Below, one piece after another: positions 47,401 through 55,504 of a DNA stretch of 64,000 nt. The notes beneath the pieces are model-generated. The model saw only the letters and a program-made list of their open reading frames with translations, was not told the origin of the DNA and did not search any database. The stretch lies in NCBI RefSeq assembly GCF_050013435.1, contig NZ_JBEKFG010000002.1, positions 1,071-65,070 of the forward strand, given 5' to 3'. The DNA is from Candidatus Binatus sp. GTDB taxonomy: Bacteria > Desulfobacterota > Binatia > Binatales > Binataceae. The translations under genes and the position numbers were made by a program. Every line of letters starts with the position of its first letter. The stretch's first letter is position 1.

Positions 47401-47847
47401 TCATCTCGACGCCCGGCCCCACGCCTCGATCAGCCGCTCGAACGCCTTGCGCAACTCGGGATCCTTCAACTCCGGCAGCTCGATCGATTTCCGCGTCGCA
47501 CGCGGCACCGTGCGCAATTTCGGCCGCTCGCGCCGGCTGAGCCGTCCCTGCACAAATCGCAGCTCACGCACGGCGTCGTCGCCCAACCTCTGTGTCACGC
47601 GCGCGAGAATTTGCGACTTCATCAGGTTCAGTTCTTGTATCCACATCGCACCCGACACTTTCACCACTGCGGTGTGGAATTTCAGCGAGACGATTTCGGT
47701 GCGCCGCGCGATCGCCTCGCCGACGATCTCCGGCCATGCTTTTGCCAGCCGCACGATCGCGAAATGACCTTCGCGGTCGATGCGATCGAGGAGCGGCTGC
47801 ATCGCGGCTCCGATCTGTTCAGGAGCCCTGTGGCGTCGAGTCGGCAT
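47401..47847 (-). CDS. DUF721 (DciA-like) protein
   Basis: The ATG at 47847 gives MPTRRHRAPEQIGAAMQPLLDRI...AKAWPEIVGEAIARRTEIVSLKFHTAVVKVSGAMWIQELNLMKSQILARV, the DUF721 pattern. Confidence 0.65.
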   Translation of the reverse strand: MPTRRHRAPEQIGAAMQPLLDRIDREGHFAIVRLAKAWPEIVGEAIARRTEIVSLKFHTAVVKVSGAMWIQELNLMKSQILARVTQRLGDDAVRELRFVQGRLSRRERPKLRTVPRATRKSIELPELKDPELRKAFERLIEAWGRASR

Positions 47848-48026
47848 GAGCGCTTCACGATAGCGCCCCACGCATCGCACGCATACCAAGGCGCTTGGCG
47901 GGAGACTTTCGGCACGCACCTGAGTCGCCGGATTCGAGCATAACTTCTATTAGCCAGGCTAATTTTGGACCAGCGGCTGCTCATGAATTTCAAATAGAAG
48001 CGAAGATTTACCAAAAGTTATCAACA

Positions 48027-48074
48027 ACCTAATATATGGTTTATGAACAGATCGTCCTACACTACCTATAGGGG
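48027..48074 (+). promoter_or_regulatory. Two NrdR-box-like 16-mers upstream of nrdJ
   Basis: ACCTAATATATGGTTT (48027-48042) and ACACTACCTATAGGGG (48059-48074) each match about 12/16 positions of the NrdR box consensus as I remember it (acaCwAtATaTwGtgt). The centres are 32 bp apart, which is the typical tandem spacing. Confidence 0.5.
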
Positions 48075-48082
48075 TTTGGGGC

Positions 48083-48112
48083 TTGACAGGCCGTATGGCT
48101 CGCGCGCATATT
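48083..48112 (+). promoter_or_regulatory. Candidate sigma70-type promoter of nrdJ (TTGACA-N18-CATATT)
   Basis: Read directly: TTGACA at 48083-48088 and CATATT at 48107-48112. An alternative, TTTACC-N17-TAATAT (48007-48035), overlaps box 1. Confidence 0.35.
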
Positions 48113-48203
48113 GTCGCCCACGAGTAGCTCATGAGTTGCTGAGCAACTTCTAGATTGAATGCGGGCTTAACGCGTATGTAACTGGGGTGGGGAGGATGCG
48201 GTG

Positions 48204-51029
48204 ATGGGCGGGGGAGCGATAGATCTGGAAATGGGTTCGAAGTCAAAAATAACCGACCGCGCGCCAGCCGCCAACCCCTCGCCCGCCGACTCGGCCGCGC
48301 CCGGCCGCGGTATCGTGCTCGAGCGTTTCTTTACCACCGCCGGCGTCGATCCATATTCCGAGGTCGAATGGGATCTCCGCAGCGCCGTCATTTCGGGCGA
48401 AGACGGCCGCGTAGTCTTCGAGCAGAAAGACGTTGAGGTACCGCGCGGATGGTCGCAGACGGCGACCAACGTCGTGGTCTCGAAATATTTCCGCGGCCCG
48501 CTCGGAACGCCGCGGCGCGAGACCAGCGTCCGCCAGCTCATCTCCCGCGTCGTCGATACCATCACCGGATGGGGCGAGAAGCAGGGCTACTTTGCCGGCG
48601 CCGACGCACGCGAGACCTTCCACGCCGAGCTCAAGTACCTGCTCCTCAATCAGAAGGCCTCGTTCAACAGCCCGGTCTATTTCAACGTCGGCATCGAGGC
48701 CAAGCCGCAGTGCTCTGCATGCTTCATCCTCAAGGTCGATGACAGCATGGACTCGATCCTGAGCTGGTACCGCAACGAAGGCATGATCTTCAAAGGCGGC
48801 TCCGGCGCGGGCGTGAACCTGTCCGCACTGCGCTCGTGCCGCGAGAAACTCACGTCGGGCGGCACCGCGTCGGGACCGTTGTCGTTCATGAAGGCCGCCG
48901 ACGCGAGTGCCGGCGTCATCAAGTCGGGCGGCAAGACGCGGCGCGCGGCCAAGATGGTGGTGCTCAACGCCGATCATCCCGACATCGTCGATTTCATCAA
49001 GTGCAAGGTCGAAGAGGAAAAGAAGGCCTGGGCGCTCATCGAAGCCGGCTACGACTCTTCGCTCGACGGGCCGGCTTACGGCTCCGTATTCTTCCAGAAC
49101 GCGAACAATTCCGTGCGCGCCACCGATGGGTTCATGCAGGCGGTGCTCGATGACGCCGAATGGCAGACCCACTTCGTCAGGTCCAGCGAGGTCGCCGAGA
49201 CCCGTCCCGCGCGCAAGGTGCTCCACATGATCGCCGAGGCCGCCCACGCATGCGGCGACCCCGGGATGCAATTCGACACGACGATCAACCTCTGGCACAC
49301 CTGCCCGGCCAGCGGACGAATCAACGCCTCCAATCCGTGCAGCGAGTACATGCATCTCGACAACTCGGCCTGCAATCTCGCCTCGCTCAACCTGATGAAG
49401 TTCATCGACGACCGCGGCGAGTTCGACGTGCGCGCATTCCGCCACGCGGTGGACGTAATGATCACGGCGCAGGACATTATCGTCGATAATTCCTCGTATC
49501 CGACCGACGAGATCGCCAGGAACGCCAGCGCGTACCGCGAACTCGGGCTCGGCTACGCAAACCTGGGCGCGCTGCTGATGGCGCTTGGGATGCCCTATGA
49601 CTCCGACCAGGGCCGCAGCTACGCCGGCGCGATTACCGCGCTGATGACCGGCGAGGCCTATCTCCAGTCGGCGCGAATCTCCGAACAAATGGGTCCGTTC
49701 GCCGGCTACGCGCCCAATCGCGAGCCGATGCTGAAAGTGATCGAGCGGCACAAAGCCGCCGCTTACAAGCTCGATTCTTCCTACGTTCCGCTCGACCTGC
49801 TTCGCGCCGCGCGCGAGTCATGGGACGACGCGCTCAAGCTCGGCATTTCCGCCGGCTATCGCAATTCGCAGGCCACGGTGATCGCGCCGACCGGCACCAT
49901 CGCGTTCATGATGGATTGCGACACCACCGGCATCGAGCCCGACATCGCGCTCATCAAGTACAAAAAGCTGGTCGGCGGCGGGATGCTGAAAATCGTCAAC
50001 AACACCGTCCCGCGCGCGCTCAAGCGCCTGGGCTACGACTCGAAGGAAGTCCAGGAAATCGTCGAATATCTTGACGAGAACGAGACTATCGAAGGTGCGC
50101 CGCAGCTCGCCGACGCGCATCTCGCCGTCTTCGATTGCGCCTTCAAGCCGCGCGCCGGCGCCCGCACGATTCATTACAACGGGCACCTCAAGATGATGGG
50201 CGCGGTGCAGCCGTTCATTTCGGGCGCGATTTCCAAGACCATCAACATGCCCGCGGAAGCGACCGTGGACGAAGTCGCCGAGGCTTACGTCACCGCGTGG
50301 AAGCTCGGGCTCAAGTCGGTCGCGATTTACCGCGACGGATCCAAGCGCGTGCAGCCGCTCAACACGGGCAGGAAGGAAATAGAAAAAGCGGTGGACGCGG
50401 TGGCGTCGATCGCGCCGACCGACGATCGGATGCAGCGGCGCAAGCTGCCCGACGAGCGCAAATCGATCACCCACAAATTCGATATCGCCGGCCACGAAGG
50501 TTACATCACCGTCGGCATGTACGAGGACGGCACCCCGGGTGAAATCTTCGTCACGATGTCCAAGCAGGGCTCGACGATCTCGGGCCTGATGGATTCGTTT
50601 GCGACCGCGATTTCGTTCGCGCTCCAGTACGGCGTTCCGCTCCAGTTCCTGGTGGACAAATTCTCGCACATGCGCTTCGAGCCCTCGGGCTTCACCAAGA
50701 ACCCGCAAATCCCGTACGCCAAGTCGATCGTCGATTACCTGTTCCGGTGGATGGCGTCGAAGTTCCTCGACGAGGAAGCAAAGCGCGAGGTCGGAATTAT
50801 CGAGTCGGAGAAAACGCTGTCGGCAAAATCCGAAGCAGCGCACGCGCCGCTGGCGACTGTAGCGATGGCTCCTGTGGCCAGTCTACGCGACGGCAAGGAC
50901 GGCGGCATTCGCCAGGCCTTCATCAATCAGGCCGACGCGCCTCCCTGCCCCGACTGCGGCAGCATCATGGTGCGCAACGGCGCCTGCTACAAGTGCATGA
51001 ACTGCGGCACCACCAGCGGGTGCTCATAA
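48204..51029 (+). CDS. nrdJ: Adenosylcobalamin-dependent ribonucleoside-diphosphate reductase (class II, NrdJ)
   Basis: About 940 aa with LERFFTTAGVDPYSEVEWDLRSAVI, SACFIL, the active-site region NPCSEY and a C-terminal Zn-ribbon-like CPDCGS...CYKCMNCG. GGGGAGG precedes the GTG at 48201 and the ATG at 48204. Confidence 0.9.
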   Translation: MGGGAIDLEMGSKSKITDRAPAANPSPADSAAPGRGIVLERFFTTAGVDPYSEVEWDLRSAVISGEDGRVVFEQKDVEVPRGWSQTATNVVVSKYFRGPLGTPRRETSVRQLISRVVDTITGWGEKQGYFAGADARETFHAELKYLLLNQKASFNSPVYFNVGIEAKPQCSACFILKVDDSMDSILSWYRNEGMIFKGGSGAGVNLSALRSCREKLTSGGTASGPLSFMKAADASAGVIKSGGKTRRAAKMVVLNADHPDIVDFIKCKVEEEKKAWALIEAGYDSSLDGPAYGSVFFQNANNSVRATDGFMQAVLDDAEWQTHFVRSSEVAETRPARKVLHMIAEAAHACGDPGMQFDTTINLWHTCPASGRINASNPCSEYMHLDNSACNLASLNLMKFIDDRGEFDVRAFRHAVDVMITAQDIIVDNSSYPTDEIARNASAYRELGLGYANLGALLMALGMPYDSDQGRSYAGAITALMTGEAYLQSARISEQMGPFAGYAPNREPMLKVIERHKAAAYKLDSSYVPLDLLRAARESWDDALKLGISAGYRNSQATVIAPTGTIAFMMDCDTTGIEPDIALIKYKKLVGGGMLKIVNNTVPRALKRLGYDSKEVQEIVEYLDENETIEGAPQLADAHLAVFDCAFKPRAGARTIHYNGHLKMMGAVQPFISGAISKTINMPAEATVDEVAEAYVTAWKLGLKSVAIYRDGSKRVQPLNTGRKEIEKAVDAVASIAPTDDRMQRRKLPDERKSITHKFDIAGHEGYITVGMYEDGTPGEIFVTMSKQGSTISGLMDSFATAISFALQYGVPLQFLVDKFSHMRFEPSGFTKNPQIPYAKSIVDYLFRWMASKFLDEEAKREVGIIESEKTLSAKSEAAHAPLATVAMAPVASLRDGKDGGIRQAFINQADAPPCPDCGSIMVRNGACYKCMNCGTTSGCS

Positions 51030-51043
51030 AGAAGGAGTTTCAA

Positions 51044-51190
51044 GGGTCCCGGAGAATTGGCGGGGGAGGCTTTCGAGAGACTGGCGATGAGAATGAGGTG
51101 GATGGGGACGGGTAGGTAGGTACCAGCGGCGGCGCGAAGAGTTTTAGCCAGTCCTCGGAGAAATTGTGGATGACGAATTCTCCGGGACCC
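51044..51190. repeat. Long-range perfect 15-bp inverted repeat enclosing a 117-nt partly self-complementary insert in the nrdJ 3' region
   Basis: GGGTCCCGGAGAATT (51044-51058) and AATTCTCCGGGACCC (51176-51190). There is also an inner GACTGGC/GCCAGTC pairing. Confidence 0.8.
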
Positions 51191-51261
51191 ACCTTAAATG
51201 CAGGCGCGGCAGGGGCTGCGCCCTTAAAGGTTGTGGTGGGGCGGCGGATGTGGTGACGGCA

Positions 51262-51296
51262 GGGGGCTGGGAGCAATCCCAGCCCCCAAATTTTTT
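51262..51296 (+). terminator. Rho-independent terminator (11-bp GC stem, GCAA loop, T tract)
   Basis: GGGGGCTGGGA-GCAA-TCCCAGCCCCC followed by AAATTTTTT. It lies between the convergent nrdJ and cupredoxin genes. Confidence 0.7.
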
Positions 51297-51335
51297 CTTA
51301 CCTCGCCTGAAATAACGGGCGAGGGATTGGCGTAG

Positions 51336-51938
51336 TCAGTGGGAAGGGATTTTGTCGGTTGATTCGGCTTCATCAAGCAACCGCTGCAAATGACCGGCGG
51401 GAGAATCGCGCCCCGCGTGGCCATCGTGGCCGCTATTCAAAGCGCAGGCTGGCGCAACGCTCGTATGCGGCGGCTTGAACTCCGAGGGGAACAAACGCTC
51501 GCGAGCCGCCCACTGATCGAAGCTGCCGGGACTGCTCGCCAGCACGCGAAATCGCATGCAGACGGTTGCACAGCCACAACTCGAGTCGCAATTTCCGTGG
51601 AGCTCGCCCGGTGATTTGACGACCAGATCGAGCGGGCGCGTCTTGCCGGGCACGAGTTCTACGGGGTCCTTCATCCCAGCCACCCAGAAGCTGTGGAGCA
51701 CGTCGGCGGAAGCAAGCTCGAGCCGAACGTTGGTAGCGCTTGGAACGTGCAAAACATCGCTGGTCCTGATGCCCAGAGAGGGGTAATCGAATTCCCACCA
51801 CCACTGATGCGCGACCACTCGGACCGTAAGCGTAGGCCCGGTCACGCCAGCACCGAGCGTTCGACCTAGAAGGACCGCTCCGGCACAGATGCATGCCAGA
51901 CCTATCATGGCTCCTACCAATGGCCTCGACGATTTCAT
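51336..51938 (-). CDS. CoxB-like (cytochrome oxidase subunit II type) cupredoxin with an altered CuA site, single N-terminal TM
   Basis: The ATG at 51938 gives MKSSRPLVGAMIGLACICAGAVLL..., then AHQWWWEFDYP, VLHSFWV and GNCDSSCGCATVCM. The canonical loop is HSF...C-x-E-x-C-G-x2-H-x2-M. Confidence 0.65.
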   Translation of the reverse strand: MKSSRPLVGAMIGLACICAGAVLLGRTLGAGVTGPTLTVRVVAHQWWWEFDYPSLGIRTSDVLHVPSATNVRLELASADVLHSFWVAGMKDPVELVPGKTRPLDLVVKSPGELHGNCDSSCGCATVCMRFRVLASSPGSFDQWAARERLFPSEFKPPHTSVAPACALNSGHDGHAGRDSPAGHLQRLLDEAESTDKIPSH

Positions 51939-51963
51939 GCGTTCACTTCTTAAAGGGTACTGC

Positions 51964-52638
51964 CTAATTGCCGCTGTCGCCACCCGTGACCGGCTCGCGC
52001 GCCACGGTTCGCTCCACGTCGCTCGCGACCCGACCCGGATCGGCCTTTTGACCCAGGTACTGAAGCAATGCATTACCGTTGGCATCGACCAGGAAGAATT
52101 CGAGAACGTGATCGACCGTACCATCGGGTTCGCGCTGTCGAATCACGTTGAATCGCGCCATCTCGTCGTCGATCTGTTTGGGCGTTCCAGTCAGGAACAG
52201 CCAGCCGCTAACGTCGGCGCCCTGCTTGTTCGCATATTCGAGAAGCTGCTCCGGGTGATCGTGTTCGGGATCGACCGTGATCGACACGATGCGGGCCTCG
52301 GTTCCGAGCTTGGGACCGAGTCGATTCGCGATCTGTTTCATCTGGGCCGTGAGCAGAAGACACGGTCCGGGACAGTTGGTGTAAATGAAATCGAACAGCA
52401 CCGGTTTCCCTCTCAGCGAGGCCAGCGAAACGTTGCGGCCATGCTGATCGACCAACGTGATGTCGGGTAAGCAGTCGGAGGTATGGAGCACCGGGAATCC
52501 TCCGCGCTCCCCGATATCTTCAGCCGGCCGACGGCAACCAATCAGAGTTACCGCGCTCACGATGACAGCCAGCATCGTCAGGCAAAGGACTCTACTGAAG
52601 CTCTGCTTCTTGAGATTAAGGCTTAGCGTTGGGGTCAC
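51964..52638 (-). CDS. SCO1/SenC family copper chaperone, lipoprotein
   Basis: Lipobox VTLIGC, a CxxxC copper motif FIYTNCPGPCLL and a distal His (DHVLEFFL). Confidence 0.82.
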   Translation of the reverse strand: MTPTLSLNLKKQSFSRVLCLTMLAVIVSAVTLIGCRRPAEDIGERGGFPVLHTSDCLPDITLVDQHGRNVSLASLRGKPVLFDFIYTNCPGPCLLLTAQMKQIANRLGPKLGTEARIVSITVDPEHDHPEQLLEYANKQGADVSGWLFLTGTPKQIDDEMARFNVIRQREPDGTVDHVLEFFLVDANGNALLQYLGQKADPGRVASDVERTVAREPVTGGDSGN

Positions 52639-53176
52639 CTGGATTCCCTGAAGTCTGCGTCGCGGGTTTCTCCGCCAGCAGCGGCAGCACGGCGTCCGAT
52701 AGACTCTTCTCGGTAACCGGCGTTTGGTCGGGTGTCAGCTTCGCGCGGATGACTCCGCTGCGATCCACAACGAATGTGACGGGCAGAACATCGGGCGAGC
52801 CGAAATCGTTGACTTTGGCGTCATCCAGCACCGCCGCCGGATAGCTGTATGATTGCATGACCTTGGTCACGTCGGACCGATCGTGCGGGCGGTCGGTGCT
52901 GAGACCTATCATCTCGAGCCCCTGGCCATGATAGCGCCGATAGAACGCGTCGAGAGCCGGCATTTCCTCTCGGCAAGGCGGACACCAGGTGGCCCAGAAG
53001 TTTACCACTACGACTCTCCCGTGCTGTGCACTTAGATCGAATGCCTGACCATCCAGTTCGGGCACCGCCAGCGCCGGCGCTGCCTTACCAACAGTCGCGG
53101 AAGCAAACGCCATTGCAGCCACACATAGGATCATGCCGACTCCTGCTGCAGCAGGCCACAATGTCGCTCGCCTCAC
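52616..53176 (-). CDS. TlpA family thiol:disulfide oxidoreductase (periplasmic thioredoxin)
   Basis: Signal/anchor followed by VVVNFWATWCPPCREEMP. Confidence 0.85.
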   Translation of the reverse strand: MRRATLWPAAAGVGMILCVAAMAFASATVGKAAPALAVPELDGQAFDLSAQHGRVVVVNFWATWCPPCREEMPALDAFYRRYHGQGLEMIGLSTDRPHDRSDVTKVMQSYSYPAAVLDDAKVNDFGSPDVLPVTFVVDRSGVIRAKLTPDQTPVTEKSLSDAVLPLLAEKPATQTSGNPGDPNAKP

Positions 53177-53192
53177 GATTGCTTTCCTCGCT

Positions 53193-54284
53193 TCAGAAGC
53201 TATAACTCAGGATTGCTTTGATCGCGTAGGGCGCCGACAACTGATAGCCGTTCATGTTCCGAAATATTGGCAGTTCGATATCGGTATAGAACCTCAGGGA
53301 TTTAAATGCCGTCTCAAAACCGGGGGCAACTTGTACTCTGAAGTAGCCGCTGTCATAGGCGTCCCCATTGGTGCCACGGTCGCGGGCGCGGTCGCTGACC
53401 AGAAACGTCAGCATGGGGGCAAGTTCCGTTACATAACCGACCTTACCGAAGTCGTAGTATGCCCCATACCCTGAGTCGAACTCGCGGCCGTTCTTGTAGT
53501 GGTCCTGATACGCGAACGGCTGGTCGTACATGCCTTGTACATAATAGCCGAAGGGCCGATCCTCCAGTCTGACTATCGGAATAGTGCCCAGATGGTAAAC
53601 GCCGAGCAGCAAGTCGGTGCTGCCCGTCCCAATCTGGGTGTCACGATCCCATTTCGGATAGTGCCAGTCGCCCGACGGAACCTTGAGGCCGCCCAAAAAA
53701 CCGGTCGACATGTCTTCCTGCAAGCCGGTCCACATACCCATGATGCGGATGTCACCTATCGAGTTCGAGTCGTACGAATGGACATCGTCGTTGTTACCAC
53801 TGTAGGCGCCCCGGTAGTTCCTTTCCCAGTAGGGCACTTCCAGCATCGCGCCCCAGCTCCGATCGAACATGTATTGGCCGCCGACGGTAACGAAGTTGGT
53901 CGCCAGCTTCTTGTCGTTATTATAGAAGCCGGAGGCTGGCTGCGTCGCGTGCCAGTCTATGTACTGGTTCATGAAATCGTACTCGGTCCACACCATCCCC
54001 CCGGAGCCGGTTGGAAGCAGCGAGGGCGTCGCTACCTCGAAGACACCGCACCCGCATGCACAGGCCCAGCTCAGACCGGGCGTTAGACCTACGAGCAGAA
54101 GGGCAGTCAGCAAAAAGCGCCGGGTAGCTTTGGCGGCGCCAGGCAGGGAGTTAGCCACTCCCGCCAAAGGGCCAAGCTCAGAAATCCGTCGCATAGAACA
54201 TCTCCCAGCAGACACCTTGCGATGCGCCGCTTGCCTGAAAGAGAAACCATCGCGCCAAGACATCTTGCGGCGCCGGGAACCCAT
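53193..54284 (-). CDS. Outer-membrane beta-barrel protein with an N-terminal CxCxC motif
   Basis: Signal peptide ...LLLVGLTPGLSWA, then CACGCGVFEV. The body is rich in alternating aromatic/Gly beta-strands and ends ...AIKAILSYSF (terminal Phe). The start may be the ATG at 54194. Confidence 0.55.
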   Translation of the reverse strand: MGSRRRKMSWRDGFSFRQAAHRKVSAGRCSMRRISELGPLAGVANSLPGAAKATRRFLLTALLLVGLTPGLSWACACGCGVFEVATPSLLPTGSGGMVWTEYDFMNQYIDWHATQPASGFYNNDKKLATNFVTVGGQYMFDRSWGAMLEVPYWERNYRGAYSGNNDDVHSYDSNSIGDIRIMGMWTGLQEDMSTGFLGGLKVPSGDWHYPKWDRDTQIGTGSTDLLLGVYHLGTIPIVRLEDRPFGYYVQGMYDQPFAYQDHYKNGREFDSGYGAYYDFGKVGYVTELAPMLTFLVSDRARDRGTNGDAYDSGYFRVQVAPGFETAFKSLRFYTDIELPIFRNMNGYQLSAPYAIKAILSYSF

Positions 54285-54311
54285 ATCGGGAACGCCGTCG
54301 AACGAAAGTTC

Positions 54312-54626
54312 CTAGGCGAAGTGCTTTGGCGGCGGGGTGTCGGGAGCGACCTTAACATCGACTAGTCGCACTGCGTTCTTCACGGCAGTCGAGCCCAGCG
54401 CGCGGAGAATGAACTCCGGCAAAGCCGTCGCAGGGCGTGCAATCAAGGTGTTCGACACGCGGTCGAACATTTGAATCGGCTGGCAAATGTTGATGGTCAA
54501 TTCTGGCCGGCTCGGTCCGGAGACGACGATCAGGCCGGGATTCGAGGGAACGCTGGCCAACAACATGACGATGGCCACAATTAGACTCAGGTCCCGCAAG
54601 TCCGCCTTTGAAAACAACTGCCTCAT
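54312..54626 (-). CDS. Hypothetical small membrane-anchored protein
   Basis: One TM (LSLIVAIVMLLASV). It sits between the ZIP and barrel genes on the same strand, with gaps of 65 and 27 nt (23 nt to the ZIP gene if the upstream start at 54668 is used). No family recognised. Confidence 0.35.
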   Translation of the reverse strand: MRQLFSKADLRDLSLIVAIVMLLASVPSNPGLIVVSGPSRPELTINICQPIQMFDRVSNTLIARPATALPEFILRALGSTAVKNAVRLVDVKVAPDTPPPKHFA

Positions 54627-54691
54627 GTCGCAGCGACCAGTTCTAAAGCAATCCCCGCTCGCGTTCAAGCTCCGCTGGCTTTATGTTCGTT

Positions 54692-55438
54692 TCATCCGCG
54701 CAGCAAGCGGGTAATCAGAAAAATTATGAGCATCCCCATACAGGTGGCGACGCCAACCAATGGAGAGTCATGTTCGCGAGCTTCCGGCAGTAGATCCGAG
54801 GCGCCGATGTAAAGAAAAGAACCGGCGAAAAATGCAAGCAGCCACGGCAGGAGTCCCGCCCTCAAATTGAACATCAGCGTCGAGGCCGCACCGAGGACCG
54901 GCGTCAACATATCCACTACCAGCCAGAAAATGGCGCGTCTGGGCGAATTTCCATGCGCAAGAACGACCGTCACGGTGTTCAGTCCGTCGCTGAAATCATG
55001 CGCGATTATGCCGAAGGCAATTAAGAGTCCCATCTCGACGCTCGTCTGGAAGCCGACACCGATTGCAACGCCGTCCAGAAAACTGTGAAAGGCCAGGCCA
55101 CCCGCGGACATCGCGCCAAGCTCCATCTCATGAGATGGCGCCAAGTGAGGATGTTCGCGCGCACGGTGCATTGCCGTGTAACGTTCAAGTCCGAAGAAGG
55201 CAAGGAATCCAAGCGCGGTGATCGGCATGTACGATGAGCCGTGAGGGAAAGCGAAGACTTCCGGCAGTATGTCGAACAGCGCCACCGCCAACACCGCGCC
55301 GGAACTGAAGCCGAGCAGCAAATGAAGCCGGTCGCGCAACCGAATGGCCGCCATGCCGCCCAACCCGGTGGAGATGAGCGTGACTAGAGCAAGAAGTATC
55401 GGCGCGAATCGCATGGATGGACTTTGCTCAGAGTTCAA
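54692..55438 (-). CDS. ZIP family divalent-metal transporter (ZupT-like)
   Basis: 248 aa, 8 TM-like, with HSFLDGVAIG and IIAHDFSDG motifs. Confidence 0.85.
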   Translation of the reverse strand: MNSEQSPSMRFAPILLALVTLISTGLGGMAAIRLRDRLHLLLGFSSGAVLAVALFDILPEVFAFPHGSSYMPITALGFLAFFGLERYTAMHRAREHPHLAPSHEMELGAMSAGGLAFHSFLDGVAIGVGFQTSVEMGLLIAFGIIAHDFSDGLNTVTVVLAHGNSPRRAIFWLVVDMLTPVLGAASTLMFNLRAGLLPWLLAFFAGSFLYIGASDLLPEAREHDSPLVGVATCMGMLIIFLITRLLRG

Positions 55439-55504
55439 TACCGATGGTCAAAAAGCCAGTCGCGGTACGCCGCGTTCCTCGAGAATTGCTGGATGCTAGT
55501 ATGA

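Noticed and set aside
51040-51276. A 78-aa minus-strand ORF and short plus-strand peptides (e.g. MRMRWMGTGR) in the nrdJ 3' region.
   Set aside because: There is no RBS at a suitable distance, the composition is Pro/Ala-rich, and the region is better explained as structured non-coding sequence.
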